Shown here one piece after another: positions 1 through 9,095 of a stretch of DNA of 64,000 nucleotides (the first letter of the stretch is position 1; each line of letters starts with the position of its first letter). The notes beneath the pieces are model-generated. The model saw only the letters and a program-made list of their open reading frames with translations, did not search any database and was not told the origin of the DNA. Source of the stretch: Chloroflexota bacterium (lineage in GTDB: Bacteria > Chloroflexota > Dehalococcoidia > SM23-28-2 > RBG-16-64-32); contig JAJCYV010000004.1 in assembly GCA_029262695.1 (NCBI GenBank), positions 2,807 through 66,806 of the forward strand, read 5' to 3'. The position numbers were made by a program, and so were the translations under genes.

Positions 1-913
1 CTTCTACGGCTCGCAGGACGCCGACGAGGAGTTTTACAAGCTCCCGAAGGCGGAGCGTGAAGGCCACGACGAGCCTTACATCGACGCGACCTGTTACACG
101 AGCTGGAACGCGATGATGATCTCAGCCTTCTTCGAAGCGTCGTGGACGTTGGACAGGCGCGAGCTGCGCGATGAGGCGATCACCGCACTGCGCTTCCTGC
201 TCGACGAGTTGCGGCGGGACGGCGTCATGCACCGCTTCCGCGGCCAGGGCGGCGAGGCGCAGATGCCCGGCCTCCTCACGGATCAGGGGTTCACCGCCCG
301 TGCGCTGCTGGACGCCCACGAGGTGACCGGCGACCCGGCCTACTTCGACGACGCCGTCGCGCTGGCGGACTTCGTGGCCCAGCGCTTCGCCGACGCTGAC
401 GGCGGCGGCTTCTTCGATGTTTGGGACGGCGGCGACGATACTGGCCGCCTCAAGGACCGGCATAAATCGCTCCAGGACAACGCTTGCTTCGCCGACGTGC
501 TGATCCGCCTTCACTGCCTGACCCGAGATGAACGCTGGCAGACGCTCGCCCGGGCGACGCTGGAGGCGTTCGCCGGAACGTACGGCCAGATGGGCCACTT
601 CGCGGCAGCGTACGGCCGGCAGGCCGACCTCCTCCTCAACCCAGCGGCCGAGGTGAACATCGTTGGCGCGGACGATGATCTGCTCCGCGCGGCGCTGCGG
701 CTCGATGTGCCCGCGCGCGTTGTGCAGGTGCTCGATCTGGAGCGCGACGCCGGACGGCTGGCCGCCCTCGGCCTTCCCGCCCAACCGTCGCCAGCGGCCT
801 ACGCCTGCGCCGGCACGATGTGCTCGCCGCCGATCGCCGATGCCGGCCGGCTGGCCGAGACCGTTGCTGCCATGCAGTCCGGGCCGCGCGTTATCGAGCT
901 GCCGGGTGACTGA
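1..913 (+). CDS. Thioredoxin-domain/six-hairpin glycosidase-like protein (YyaL/SSP411 family), 5'-truncated by window edge
   Basis: Frame open from base 2 (FYGSQDADEE...YTSWNAMMISA); family-like motifs SQDAD, WNAMMI, GGFFD and C-terminal AYACAGTMCSPP. Confidence 0.8.
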   Translation, partial: FYGSQDADEEFYKLPKAEREGHDEPYIDATCYTSWNAMMISAFFEASWTLDRRELRDEAITALRFLLDELRRDGVMHRFRGQGGEAQMPGLLTDQGFTARALLDAHEVTGDPAYFDDAVALADFVAQRFADADGGGFFDVWDGGDDTGRLKDRHKSLQDNACFADVLIRLHCLTRDERWQTLARATLEAFAGTYGQMGHFAAAYGRQADLLLNPAAEVNIVGADDDLLRAALRLDVPARVVQVLDLERDAGRLAALGLPAQPSPAAYACAGTMCSPPIADAGRLAETVAAMQSGPRVIELPGD

Positions 914-1589
914 AGCCGAGCGCTACCTGGCGAAGGCGAAGGAGAGCCTGGCGTCCTCACGAGCGGACGTCCGGGCGCGGCGATACAATTCGGCGGCCAA
1001 CCGCGCCTACTACGCGGCGTTCCAGGCGGCCGTCGCCGCGCTCATCCAGGCCGGCATCCGCCCGGAGAACGACGATTGGGGTCACCGCTTCGTGATGAGC
1101 CAGTTCTCCGGTAAACTGATAAGGCGGCGCAAGCTGCTGCCGGGAGTGGTCAGGTCGATTCTTCCGGACTTATTCAACCACCGCGTCAAAGCGGACTACG
1201 GCTCCGAGAACGTATCGGTGCGACACTCCAGAGGCGCATCCGAGCGGGCGGCACGACTTGTCGCGGAGGTGTCCGCGGCTTTTGGACTAGGAGCCATTCG
1301 CGAGGCGAGATCCGCATGCGGGAGTGAACAGATGAAGACCACAAGGGCAGTCAGGGCCAAGGCTAGAGAGCTTATTCAGGAGGTAGAGCAGGCGATCCTC
1401 CGGGAGTATCCCGACTGCGAATTCAAGGCAATTGAGCGTGGCCCAAAGGACTATCGCCTCATCGTCCGCAGCGACCGAGCAGACCTCGACGACATCCACC
1501 GGATTCTGGACGGGCGCACCGCGGACATCCTCGTCGATCACGACATCTGGATCGTCATCCTGGCCGAGAGCACACGGCAGGCAGCCTAG
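906..1589 (+). CDS. HEPN-domain protein (UPF0332-like) fused to a C-terminal degenerate nucleotidyltransferase-like domain
   Basis: GTG at 906 overlaps upstream stop; YLAKAKESL, NRAYYAAFQA and RVKADY are HEPN signatures; ~85 aa extra C-terminal domain; ORF-track start at 663 is a spurious extension. Confidence 0.75.
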   Translation: MTEAERYLAKAKESLASSRADVRARRYNSAANRAYYAAFQAAVAALIQAGIRPENDDWGHRFVMSQFSGKLIRRRKLLPGVVRSILPDLFNHRVKADYGSENVSVRHSRGASERAARLVAEVSAAFGLGAIREARSACGSEQMKTTRAVRAKARELIQEVEQAILREYPDCEFKAIERGPKDYRLIVRSDRADLDDIHRILDGRTADILVDHDIWIVILAESTRQAA

Positions 1590-2116
1590 TGTTCACGGAC
1601 GAAATCGAGCGCGTGATGCACGAACTCCCGTATGGCCTTTACATAATCGGCTCGCGCGAGGAAGACGAAGGCAAGGTCAACGGCATGATGGCCGACTGGG
1701 TGATGCAGGTCTCCTTCGAACCGCGCCTGGTCGCAGTCGCCTTCGAGGGCGACTCGCACACTCTGGCGAACATCCGGGCGCGCACGTTCTTCACAGTGAA
1801 CCTCCTCTCGCAAGACGAGGAGAGCATGGATCTGGCGCGCCGCTTCGCCCAGCCTCACAGCGGTGAGAAGGTCAAGGGCCGCCAGGGCGCCGAGGCGACG
1901 GCAGTCCACTACAAGCTCGATGGCCTGCCGTACGGCCTCACGGACAACGGTGGCCCGGTGCTGGAGGCCGCTATGGCCTGGTTCGAGTGCCAGGCGCAAG
2001 AGTTCGTGCCGATCGGCGACCACATCCTCGCCGTCGGCCGCGTCCTCGGAGGCGCGATGGTGCGGGAAGCGGAGCCCCTGACCTCCACCTACACCGGCTG
2101 GACCTACAGCGGCTAG
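1589..2116 (+). CDS. Flavin reductase-like FMN-binding protein
   Basis: LPYGLYIIGS, NGMMADWVMQVSFEP, SHTLANI, GDH motifs. Confidence 0.85.
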   Translation: MFTDEIERVMHELPYGLYIIGSREEDEGKVNGMMADWVMQVSFEPRLVAVAFEGDSHTLANIRARTFFTVNLLSQDEESMDLARRFAQPHSGEKVKGRQGAEATAVHYKLDGLPYGLTDNGGPVLEAAMAWFECQAQEFVPIGDHILAVGRVLGGAMVREAEPLTSTYTGWTYSG

Positions 2117-2628
2117 CGAGGGCCGTCGTCGCGGTCGTTCGCCGCCTCGGCCAGCGCGTGCTTCAGGCGCCGCACCTGCCACAGGTGCTCGAGGTCGTGC
2201 TGCGCAAGCTCTCGCGCGATCATTTCGATCGTGATCTCTCCGCGGTAAGGGTGCCTGACTTCGCGCCGCCAGTCCCAGTCGCGCAGCATCCAGAGGAGGG
2301 CGGTCGTCTGTCGGCGCAGGTTGCGGACCTCACTGAGCAGGCCCTGCAGGTCTGCGTTGCGATAGTCGCGCTCGTACGGCAGCACGTCGACGTCCCAGAC
2401 CGGCAGCCGTTTGTCGGGCTCCTCGCTCGCCGACGTCAGCTGGCGCAGCGCTAGCTCCTCAGCGTCGCGCAGGTGCGCTGCGATCTCCTTCAGCGAGAGT
2501 TCGTCCTCGACCGGACGGTGGCGCAGCATCGTCTCGTCGAGGCCTGCGAACTCCGAGAAGAGCGTGCCGCCGGCCTCGCGCAGCGCCTTCATCGCCCAGC
2601 CGGATGAGTCCCTTTCCTCCAGTTGCAC
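2113..2628 (-). CDS. DinB/YfiT family protein
   Basis: SLKEIAAHLRDAE and HDLEHLWQV His motifs; GTG start at 2628 lies 6 nt after TACAAT. Confidence 0.8.
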   Translation of the reverse strand: MQLEERDSSGWAMKALREAGGTLFSEFAGLDETMLRHRPVEDELSLKEIAAHLRDAEELALRQLTSASEEPDKRLPVWDVDVLPYERDYRNADLQGLLSEVRNLRRQTTALLWMLRDWDWRREVRHPYRGEITIEMIARELAQHDLEHLWQVRRLKHALAEAANDRDDGPR

Positions 2629-2687
2629 GCGGCCATTGTACGCTGTTGCCGCTGCCTGCAAGCCGCCCTAACATCTAGCCTGACCCC

Positions 2688-3512
2688 ATGAGTCCCGAAT
2701 CACTGCCCTACGCCCTGCTCATCTTGCTCGTTGAGCTTACTGTCGGTGGCCTCTGGGTGCTCTACTTCTCGCAGTTCCGCGGGGAGTCCGCGTTGTCGTT
2801 CGTCAAGTTTGGCGCGGCGACGGTGGCAGTCGTCGCCGTCATCACGCTGCTGGTCGCCGCCGAAATCGACGTTGGAGATGACGTCGACGGCTACCCGCTC
2901 GACGGTTCGTACGCGGGCGAGCTGCGATGGGCGCTGGCGGCCGTCTTCGGGCTCACCGTCCTGCACGCGGCGGCAACGATGCGCGAGCATCGCATCCCGG
3001 CGCTGGCGCTCGGCGGCGCCGCCTCGGTTGCCGGCGGCGCAGCGATCGCGTTCCTGGCGCAGGTGATCGCCGGGCCAACCTGGGGGTTCTCACTCGTCTT
3101 CGGCAGCCTGGTGATCGGGGCACTGGTCGTCGGCGCTGTCTCGCAGGGGATGGTCCTCGGCCACTGGTACCTGGTCACGCCGCGGCTGCCGGAGCAACCG
3201 CTGAGGGAGATGACGGGGCTCCTCGTCGTCGTGATCGCGATCCAGTTGGTGCTGCTCGCACCAGCCCTGGCGCTGCCACACGACACAGTGGTGACGAGCG
3301 TCGATACCGAGATCCTCTCGAACCCCTTCTTCTACCTGCGCGTGGGCGGCGGCATCGCCTTCCCGGCCCTGCTCGCCTGGATGGCGTTCGATGCCAGCGG
3401 CGCGCGGGCGATGATGTCGGCGACGGGGCTCCTCTACATCGCCATGGCGCTGGTGCTGGCGGGCGAGGTCGTGGGGCGCGGGTTGATGTTCGCCTCCGGC
3501 GTTCCGAATTGA
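2688..3512 (+). CDS. Polytopic membrane protein (~8 TM) with MVLGHWYL motif, function unknown (possibly DmsC/NrfD-like fold)
   Basis: Multiple hydrophobic segments; conserved-looking GHWYL and SATGLLY motifs. Confidence 0.65.
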   Translation: MSPESLPYALLILLVELTVGGLWVLYFSQFRGESALSFVKFGAATVAVVAVITLLVAAEIDVGDDVDGYPLDGSYAGELRWALAAVFGLTVLHAAATMREHRIPALALGGAASVAGGAAIAFLAQVIAGPTWGFSLVFGSLVIGALVVGAVSQGMVLGHWYLVTPRLPEQPLREMTGLLVVVIAIQLVLLAPALALPHDTVVTSVDTEILSNPFFYLRVGGGIAFPALLAWMAFDASGARAMMSATGLLYIAMALVLAGEVVGRGLMFASGVPN

Positions 3513-3520
3513 GGTAGAAC

Positions 3521-3676
3521 CTGAAATCGCCGCTCTTTGCCAGCCTGGGCGGCGTGCCCCTGTCCGTCACCTACGCGCTGGACAGCGACTTCGCGGACGG
3601 AGAGCTGTCTCCGAAGCTGAAAGCGCGCGCCGGGGCCGTGATGCAGGGCGCCGTCAGCGCCGCGCGCGCCGGCTGA
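3521..3676 (+). pseudogene. Probable C-terminal remnant of an NAD(P)H-dependent FMN reductase (SsuE-like)
   Basis: Open frame LKSPLFASLGGVPLSVTYALDSDFADGELSPKLKARAGAVMQGAVSAARAG* with coding-like codon use; in-frame TAG at 3515 and no proper start. Confidence 0.4.
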
Positions 3677-4123
3677 CTACTCGTCTGCCGTGATCGTGAA
3701 CTCGGTCCACATGCCCTGGGCGAAGTGCGACGTCTCCACACCGTCGACGTCCTTGACGATGTTGCAGAGGAGCACGTACTCGCCCGGGTCGAGCGTGTAG
3801 CTGCGGCTCGTCTCGTCGCCCTCATCGATGTCGTCGACGTCATGCTTGACGTCGACACCGCCCGCGTCGTCGTCGAAGGAGCCATTGTCCTTCGTGGGCA
3901 GTTCAGCACCGGCGGTTTTCGTCTTAACGATCAGCAGCTCGTGTGCTAGCTCGCCGTCGTTCTTGATATCGAACGTAATCGGGCCCTCCGGGAGCGAATC
4001 CACGTCCGTCACGACGGTGTATTCATCCAGAGTGATCTTGAGGTCGCCTCCCTCGCCGGTGCTGCCGCAGGCCGCGAGCAGAACCACGAGAAGAAGGGCA
4101 GCGGGAAGAACGAGAATCCTCAC
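3677..4123 (-). CDS. Cupredoxin/sulfocyanin-like blue copper lipoprotein
   Basis: Lipobox LAAC; type-1 Cu ligands H(ELLI)...C(NI)...H(FAQG)M. Confidence 0.8.
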   Translation of the reverse strand: MRILVLPAALLLVVLLAACGSTGEGGDLKITLDEYTVVTDVDSLPEGPITFDIKNDGELAHELLIVKTKTAGAELPTKDNGSFDDDAGGVDVKHDVDDIDEGDETSRSYTLDPGEYVLLCNIVKDVDGVETSHFAQGMWTEFTITADE

Positions 4124-4174
4124 GGGGCTCCTTTCGGGCTGAACGATGCGTGCCGGGCCGATTATAGCAGCCGG

Positions 4175-5026
4175 TTAGCTCAGGTTGCCCGTGCGCCGCG
4201 CGATTTCGTTGAGGCGCGCGATCCGCTTCTCCGTCGGCGGGTGCGAGGCGAAGAACGAAGCGAAGTCGATCTTGCCCAGCGGGTTGACGATGAACAGGTG
4301 CGAGACCGCCGGGTTGACCTCCATCGGCCGCACCTTGCTGTAGTCCTGCAGCTTCTGTAGCGCGCTCGCCAGCGACATCGGTGCGTGCGTGATCGCCGCA
4401 CCGGTCGCGTCCGCGCCGAACTCGCGCTGACGGGAGATAGCGCCGCGGATCACCGCCGCGGCCATCGGCGCCAGGATGAGCATCGCCAGCATCATGATGA
4501 GGCCGCCCATCCCTCGCCGCCCGCCGAAGAAGATCGCGAAGCGCCCTGCGAACGCCAGGAACATGATCGCCGTGGCCACCGAGGCGACGATAGCGTTGAC
4601 GAGGATGTCCTTGTTCTTGATGTGGCCCATCTCGTGCCCGAAGACCGCCAGCAACTCGCGGTCGTCCAGGATGCGCATGATGCCGGTCGTCGCGGCTACG
4701 GTCGCGTGCTTCTCGTTACGGCCGGTCGCGAAGGCGTTGGGCGAGTCGTTCTGCATGATGGCTACCTTGGGCTTCGGCATCCCGGCCATCGCGGCCGCCT
4801 CGTCGACGATCTTATGCAGCCTCGGCTCCTGCTCGGGCGTCACTTCTTTGGCACCCGTCATGCGCAGCGCCAGCTTGTCGGAGGACCAGTACGAGCCCAC
4901 GTTCATCGCCAGCGCCAGAACCAGCGCGACGATGAGCCCAACCTGGCCGAAGGTGAAGAAGCCAAGCGCCAGGAACACACCGGAGAGCAGGATCAGGAGA
5001 AATACTGCCTTTAAGTTATTGATCAC
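4175..5026 (-). CDS. htpX: Zn metalloprotease HtpX (M48)
   Basis: PNAFATGR, HEMGH, SRQREFGAD, SHPPTEKRI. Confidence 0.9.
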   Translation of the reverse strand: MINNLKAVFLLILLSGVFLALGFFTFGQVGLIVALVLALAMNVGSYWSSDKLALRMTGAKEVTPEQEPRLHKIVDEAAAMAGMPKPKVAIMQNDSPNAFATGRNEKHATVAATTGIMRILDDRELLAVFGHEMGHIKNKDILVNAIVASVATAIMFLAFAGRFAIFFGGRRGMGGLIMMLAMLILAPMAAAVIRGAISRQREFGADATGAAITHAPMSLASALQKLQDYSKVRPMEVNPAVSHLFIVNPLGKIDFASFFASHPPTEKRIARLNEIARRTGNLS

Positions 5027-5095
5027 TCAGGTCACCTTTGGCGGAACGGAACTAACGTTCCCCCGTACTTCCAGCTTAATGCAACCGATTTGGCC

Positions 5096-5911
5096 TCACA
5101 AGGAGAGGGCTGATCCCCAAACAATCTTTCGTATGCGGCGGAGCGCATCCGCGACTCGTGGGCCATACCAGCAAACATCCTTGCCATCTACCAGATAGAT
5201 ACGAGATTCGTCGATCCCGGGGATCGCCTTCGCCACTTCCTTCACGTGCTTTCGGGTGAAGTGATACGGCTCGTCCGGCAGGAGGACTACGTCTGGCCGC
5301 TTCGCCGCGACGTCCGCCAGTTCGATCTCCGGGTAGCGTTCTTTGCTCTCTTCGTAGACGTTCTGCAGGCCGCAGGACGAGAGGAAGTCGTGTACGTAAG
5401 TGTCCGGGCCGATCGTCATCCACTTGTCGCGCCAGATGGGGCAGAAGACGCGTAGGGGCGTGCGGTCGCGGTCCGCGGCGCGGGACAGTGCGGCCTCCGC
5501 CTCAATCGCGGCTACCACCGGCGCCGCGGCGTCCTTCGCCTCCGTGATTTCGGCCAGCGTGCGCATCATCGCCGTGGCGTGGATGATCGTGCGCGGAAAG
5601 GTCACGAACACCGTCAACCCCTCCGCCGCTAGAGCCTCGATATCCGCCTTCTCGTTCTCCTCGGCGTTGGCGATCACCAGGTCGGGCTTCAGCTTTGCGA
5701 CTGCCTCCACGTCGACGTTCTTCGTGCCACCGACCTTCGGCGCGTCCGCGACGCCGGCCGCTGGCTCGGTGCAGAACTTCGTGACACCGGCGATGCGCCT
5801 GCCAAGACCGAAGGCGAAGAACGCTTCCGTAATGCTCGGGACGAGCGAGACGATCCGCCGGGGCGGCCGTTCGATTTCAACCGACCGCCCCAGTGCGTCG
5901 GTCCAGTTCAT
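5096..5911 (-). CDS. Helical-backbone metal/cobalamin-binding protein (BtuF-like), no signal peptide
   Basis: TDALGR...RRIVSLVPSITE, VGGTKN, PDLVIANAEEN, WYGPR. Confidence 0.8.
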   Translation of the reverse strand: MNWTDALGRSVEIERPPRRIVSLVPSITEAFFAFGLGRRIAGVTKFCTEPAAGVADAPKVGGTKNVDVEAVAKLKPDLVIANAEENEKADIEALAAEGLTVFVTFPRTIIHATAMMRTLAEITEAKDAAAPVVAAIEAEAALSRAADRDRTPLRVFCPIWRDKWMTIGPDTYVHDFLSSCGLQNVYEESKERYPEIELADVAAKRPDVVLLPDEPYHFTRKHVKEVAKAIPGIDESRIYLVDGKDVCWYGPRVADALRRIRKIVWGSALSL

Positions 5912-5923
5912 ACGCCGCGCCCG

Positions 5924-7006
5924 TTAGAAGGCAGGACTCTCGGCGAGAGTGACGACAGTGGCCTCGGTGTCTCCATCACGTATGTAGCTTACATCGACTG
6001 TCTCGCCGGGGCCGTGTTCCAGCAGCGCCTGGTACAGATCCGTGATGTTGTCGACGCTCAGATTCTCGATCTCGACGATGACGTCGCAGTCCCTGAAACC
6101 GCCATCGGCCGCCGGCGTGCCGGCCTGAACTTCTGTCACCAGGACTCCGGCGTCGGCGTCGACGCTGCAATTGTTGTCGTGTGCGCGGTTCACGGCCGCG
6201 GTGCCGATGCCGATGTAGCCGCGGTTCACGACACCCTCCGCGATCAGCTTGTCGACGACGGGCTTGGCCAGGTCAATCGAGACGGCGAGGCCGATACTCT
6301 CGGCGATGCCGCCCTGGCCGCGCAGCACGGCTGTAGTGATGCCGACGACGCGGCCGTCAGCCGTCACCAGCGGGCCGCCAGAGTTACCGGGGTTGATCGC
6401 CGCGTCCGTCTGGATCGCGTCGGCGATGAACACTGGCGTCTCGTTGACGAGTCGGTTAACGGCGCTCACCACGCCCTTGGTGACGGTCGGCCCGCCCACA
6501 AGGTTCAACGCGTTGCCCATCGTTATCACTTCCTGGCCGACGCGAAGCGAAGACGACGTGCCCAGCGGGACCGGCGTCAAATCCGGGGCGTCGATCTTCA
6601 GGACCGCGACGTCAGTGCGCGCGTCCCGGCCGATGATCTCGGCGTCGAGCACGCGGCCGTCGCTGAGCGTGATCTCGATCTCGTTCGCCGCCTGGCCGTT
6701 GTCGCCTGTGATGACGTGGTTGTTCGTCACGATGACGCCCGCCTCGTCGATGATGAAGCCAGTGCCGACCCCCTGCTGCGTTCTGACGTGAACGACGGAA
6801 GGCCGCAACTGCTCGACGAGCTCAACGGTGTTCTCGATCACTGGATCGGCCGTTGCCTGACTGGTGCTCGTGGCGGCAGGCGAGGACGAGCTATCGGACG
6901 GTGTACCGGAGGCGTCGCCGCCGCCGTCGTCGCTGGTGCAGGCGGCCGCCAGAACGCCCACCACCAGGATGAGAGCGGCCGCGGCCAGGAATCCTTTGCG
7001 TTTCAC
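5924..7006 (-). CDS. HtrA/DegP-family serine protease lipoprotein with one PDZ domain
   Basis: Lipobox LAAAC; TNNHV, DVAVLK, IQTDAAINPGNSGGPL; C-terminal PDZ; GGAGG RBS. Confidence 0.9.
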   Translation of the reverse strand: MKRKGFLAAAALILVVGVLAAACTSDDGGGDASGTPSDSSSSPAATSTSQATADPVIENTVELVEQLRPSVVHVRTQQGVGTGFIIDEAGVIVTNNHVITGDNGQAANEIEITLSDGRVLDAEIIGRDARTDVAVLKIDAPDLTPVPLGTSSSLRVGQEVITMGNALNLVGGPTVTKGVVSAVNRLVNETPVFIADAIQTDAAINPGNSGGPLVTADGRVVGITTAVLRGQGGIAESIGLAVSIDLAKPVVDKLIAEGVVNRGYIGIGTAAVNRAHDNNCSVDADAGVLVTEVQAGTPAADGGFRDCDVIVEIENLSVDNITDLYQALLEHGPGETVDVSYIRDGDTEATVVTLAESPAF

Positions 7007-7155
7007 GGTACCTCCTATGGGACCGCCCCTCCAACGGTCGCACTCATCGTAGGCAGCCGAATATTAAGGAGGCATTAAGGCGCGCCCGTCGCCGTGTCCC
7101 TGTGCGCCCCGGTACGTTGTCTTAGAATGGAATCAAGGAAGGGGAATCTGCCCAA

Positions 7156-7767
7156 GTGACGCAAGACGTATCCCCAGACGAGGGGCTCTATGGCGACCTG
7201 AGCGACGAAGAGCTGATGCAGCGTCTCACCGTTCGAGACCTGGCTGCCTTCAGGACTTTGTACGCGCGCTATGGCAAGCTCGTGTACTCGGCGACCTACC
7301 GGGTATTGCGAGACTCGCACCTCGCTGAGGATATGGTGCAAGAAGTATTTCTGAGACTGTGGCGAAAGCCGGACAGCTACTCTTCGGCCCGCGGCCGGCT
7401 GACTACGTGGCTGACGTCCGTCTCGCGCAATCGTGCCGTGGACGAAGTGCGGTCGCGGAACCGCCGCTATCGCCACGAGACCGCCTCGCCCGAGGAGGCC
7501 GAGCGAGAGCTGGCGGCGCCTGAAATCGATGACCCGGGGCTGACCGCCGAGCTGTCTGACCAGCGGCGGATCATCGTCGCCGCGCTCTCGAAGCTCCCAG
7601 ACGAGCAGCGGAGGACCATCGAACTCGCCTACTTCGGCGGCTACACACAGCAGGAGATCGCCCAGATGCTGGAACAGCCGCTGGGCACCGTGAAGACGCG
7701 GATCAGGCTTGGCATGCAGAAGCTGCGCGTAGCACTGACACCCGAGCTGAGGCTGGAGCAGAGCTAA
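7156..7767 (+). CDS. ECF RNA polymerase sigma factor (SigK-like)
   Basis: AEDMVQEVFLRLW, WLTSVSRNRAVD, YFGGYTQQEIA, PLGTVKTRIR. Confidence 0.9.
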   Translation: MTQDVSPDEGLYGDLSDEELMQRLTVRDLAAFRTLYARYGKLVYSATYRVLRDSHLAEDMVQEVFLRLWRKPDSYSSARGRLTTWLTSVSRNRAVDEVRSRNRRYRHETASPEEAERELAAPEIDDPGLTAELSDQRRIIVAALSKLPDEQRRTIELAYFGGYTQQEIAQMLEQPLGTVKTRIRLGMQKLRVALTPELRLEQS

Positions 7768-8594
7768 TGGACTGCTCCGAAGTCCGCGACATCATCGATG
7801 CCTACGCCCTCCGCGCTGGCGCTCCTGATGAGGCCGCCCGGATCGAAGCTCACGTCGCGGAGTGCGTCCGCTGCTGGGATGAGCTGGGCAAGGCTCAACG
7901 CACGGCCGCCCTGCTCGCGCTCTCTTCTCCGATGAAGGACGTCCCGGAAGGATTGGAAGAACGCATTATGAACATCGCCCGCCAGGAAGCGGCGGAGGAT
8001 GAGCGTTCCGGGCGCCGGCAACCGGTCTTGAAGCGCCTGCGCCTCTCGTGGGCATCGGCCGCCGCCGGACTGGGCGTCGCCAGCATCGCCGCGATCGCGT
8101 TTGCGGGCGTCCTGCAGGCTCAGGTCAACGACCTGCGCTCCGAAAACGACCGGATCGAATCCCAGATGAGCGGCGCAAACCAGGAGCTTGCGCGGCAGGT
8201 CCGCGACATGACCGACGTCGTCGAAGTACAGGGCGGCATGCTCACGACGCTTACGACTGGCGACGGGCAGAGCGTGGAGATGAAGCCCAACGGTCAGGCC
8301 CAGGCTTCGGTCTGGTACGGCTGGAGCTTGGACGGGCGCGACGGCTGGGTGATCTGCGGGAACGTCGCAGATGCCCCCGATGGCATGGTCTACCAGGTGT
8401 GGTTCAGGGAAGACACCGTGAACGTTCCGGCAGTCGCGTTTACTCCCGAGGGCGGCGACTGTTGGCTGCCCGTCGACCTGACGACGCTGCCGCTGGCGCC
8501 GACCGGCGTCGGCCTCAGCCTCGAAAAGTCGGGCGTTACGTCCGACGGCCCGACCCGCTGGCTCGACTACGCGCACTTCCCGGCCGGGAACTAG
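7767..8594 (+). CDS. Anti-sigma factor (zf-HC2, TM, RskA-like extracytoplasmic domain)
   Basis: HVAECVRC zinc motif, single TM, VYQVWF and LSLE..G...PT RskA-like motifs; coupled to sigma gene. Confidence 0.8.
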   Translation: MDCSEVRDIIDAYALRAGAPDEAARIEAHVAECVRCWDELGKAQRTAALLALSSPMKDVPEGLEERIMNIARQEAAEDERSGRRQPVLKRLRLSWASAAAGLGVASIAAIAFAGVLQAQVNDLRSENDRIESQMSGANQELARQVRDMTDVVEVQGGMLTTLTTGDGQSVEMKPNGQAQASVWYGWSLDGRDGWVICGNVADAPDGMVYQVWFREDTVNVPAVAFTPEGGDCWLPVDLTTLPLAPTGVGLSLEKSGVTSDGPTRWLDYAHFPAGN

Positions 8595-8612
8595 CGCACT
8601 TCGCTCCGACGC

Positions 8613-8667
8613 TTGACTTGGCGCTCCGCGGGCACTGATACTTAATCTCACCTGAGACGAAGTATCA
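8613..8667 (+). promoter_or_regulatory. Sigma70-type promoter overlapped by a 32-bp palindromic Fur/Zur-like operator
   Basis: TTGACT at 8613-8618; TGATACTT-AA-TCTCA-CC-TGAGA-CG-AAGTATCA at 8636-8667. Confidence 0.7.
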
Positions 8668-9095
8668 TGTCCGACCTGCAACAGATCTCACTCGAACTCG
8701 AAGCGCGCGGCTATCGCGTCACGCCCTCGCGACGCGCCGTCATCGCCGCCATCCTGGCCCGCAAGAACCACTTCGCCGCCGAGGAGCTGGCGAAGCGCTG
8801 TCGCGGCGCCGGCCGCGCCACGGTCTTCCGCACGATCCGCCTCCTGAGCGATCTCGGCGTCGTCTGCCGCGTCCTGCTGGACGACGGCAGTCCGCGCTAC
8901 CTCGTCTCGCGAAGCGGCCACCACCATCACCTTGTCTGCACCGACTGCGGCGCCGTACGGGACCTCGACCAGTGCGCTGTCTCCGGCGCTCTCCGCGAAG
9001 TCGCCGACGCCTCCGGCTACGAGATCGAAGGGCACTGGCTCGAGCTGTACGGCCGTTGCGCCGCCTGCCGGGCGAGGACGGCGGTCCCGGCGTGA
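8667..9095 (+). CDS. Fur-family transcriptional regulator (probably Zur)
   Basis: RVTPSRRAV, RATVFRTI, HHHHLVCTDCG, CAAC; first gene of metal ABC operon. Confidence 0.85.
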   Translation: MSDLQQISLELEARGYRVTPSRRAVIAAILARKNHFAAEELAKRCRGAGRATVFRTIRLLSDLGVVCRVLLDDGSPRYLVSRSGHHHHLVCTDCGAVRDLDQCAVSGALREVADASGYEIEGHWLELYGRCAACRARTAVPA

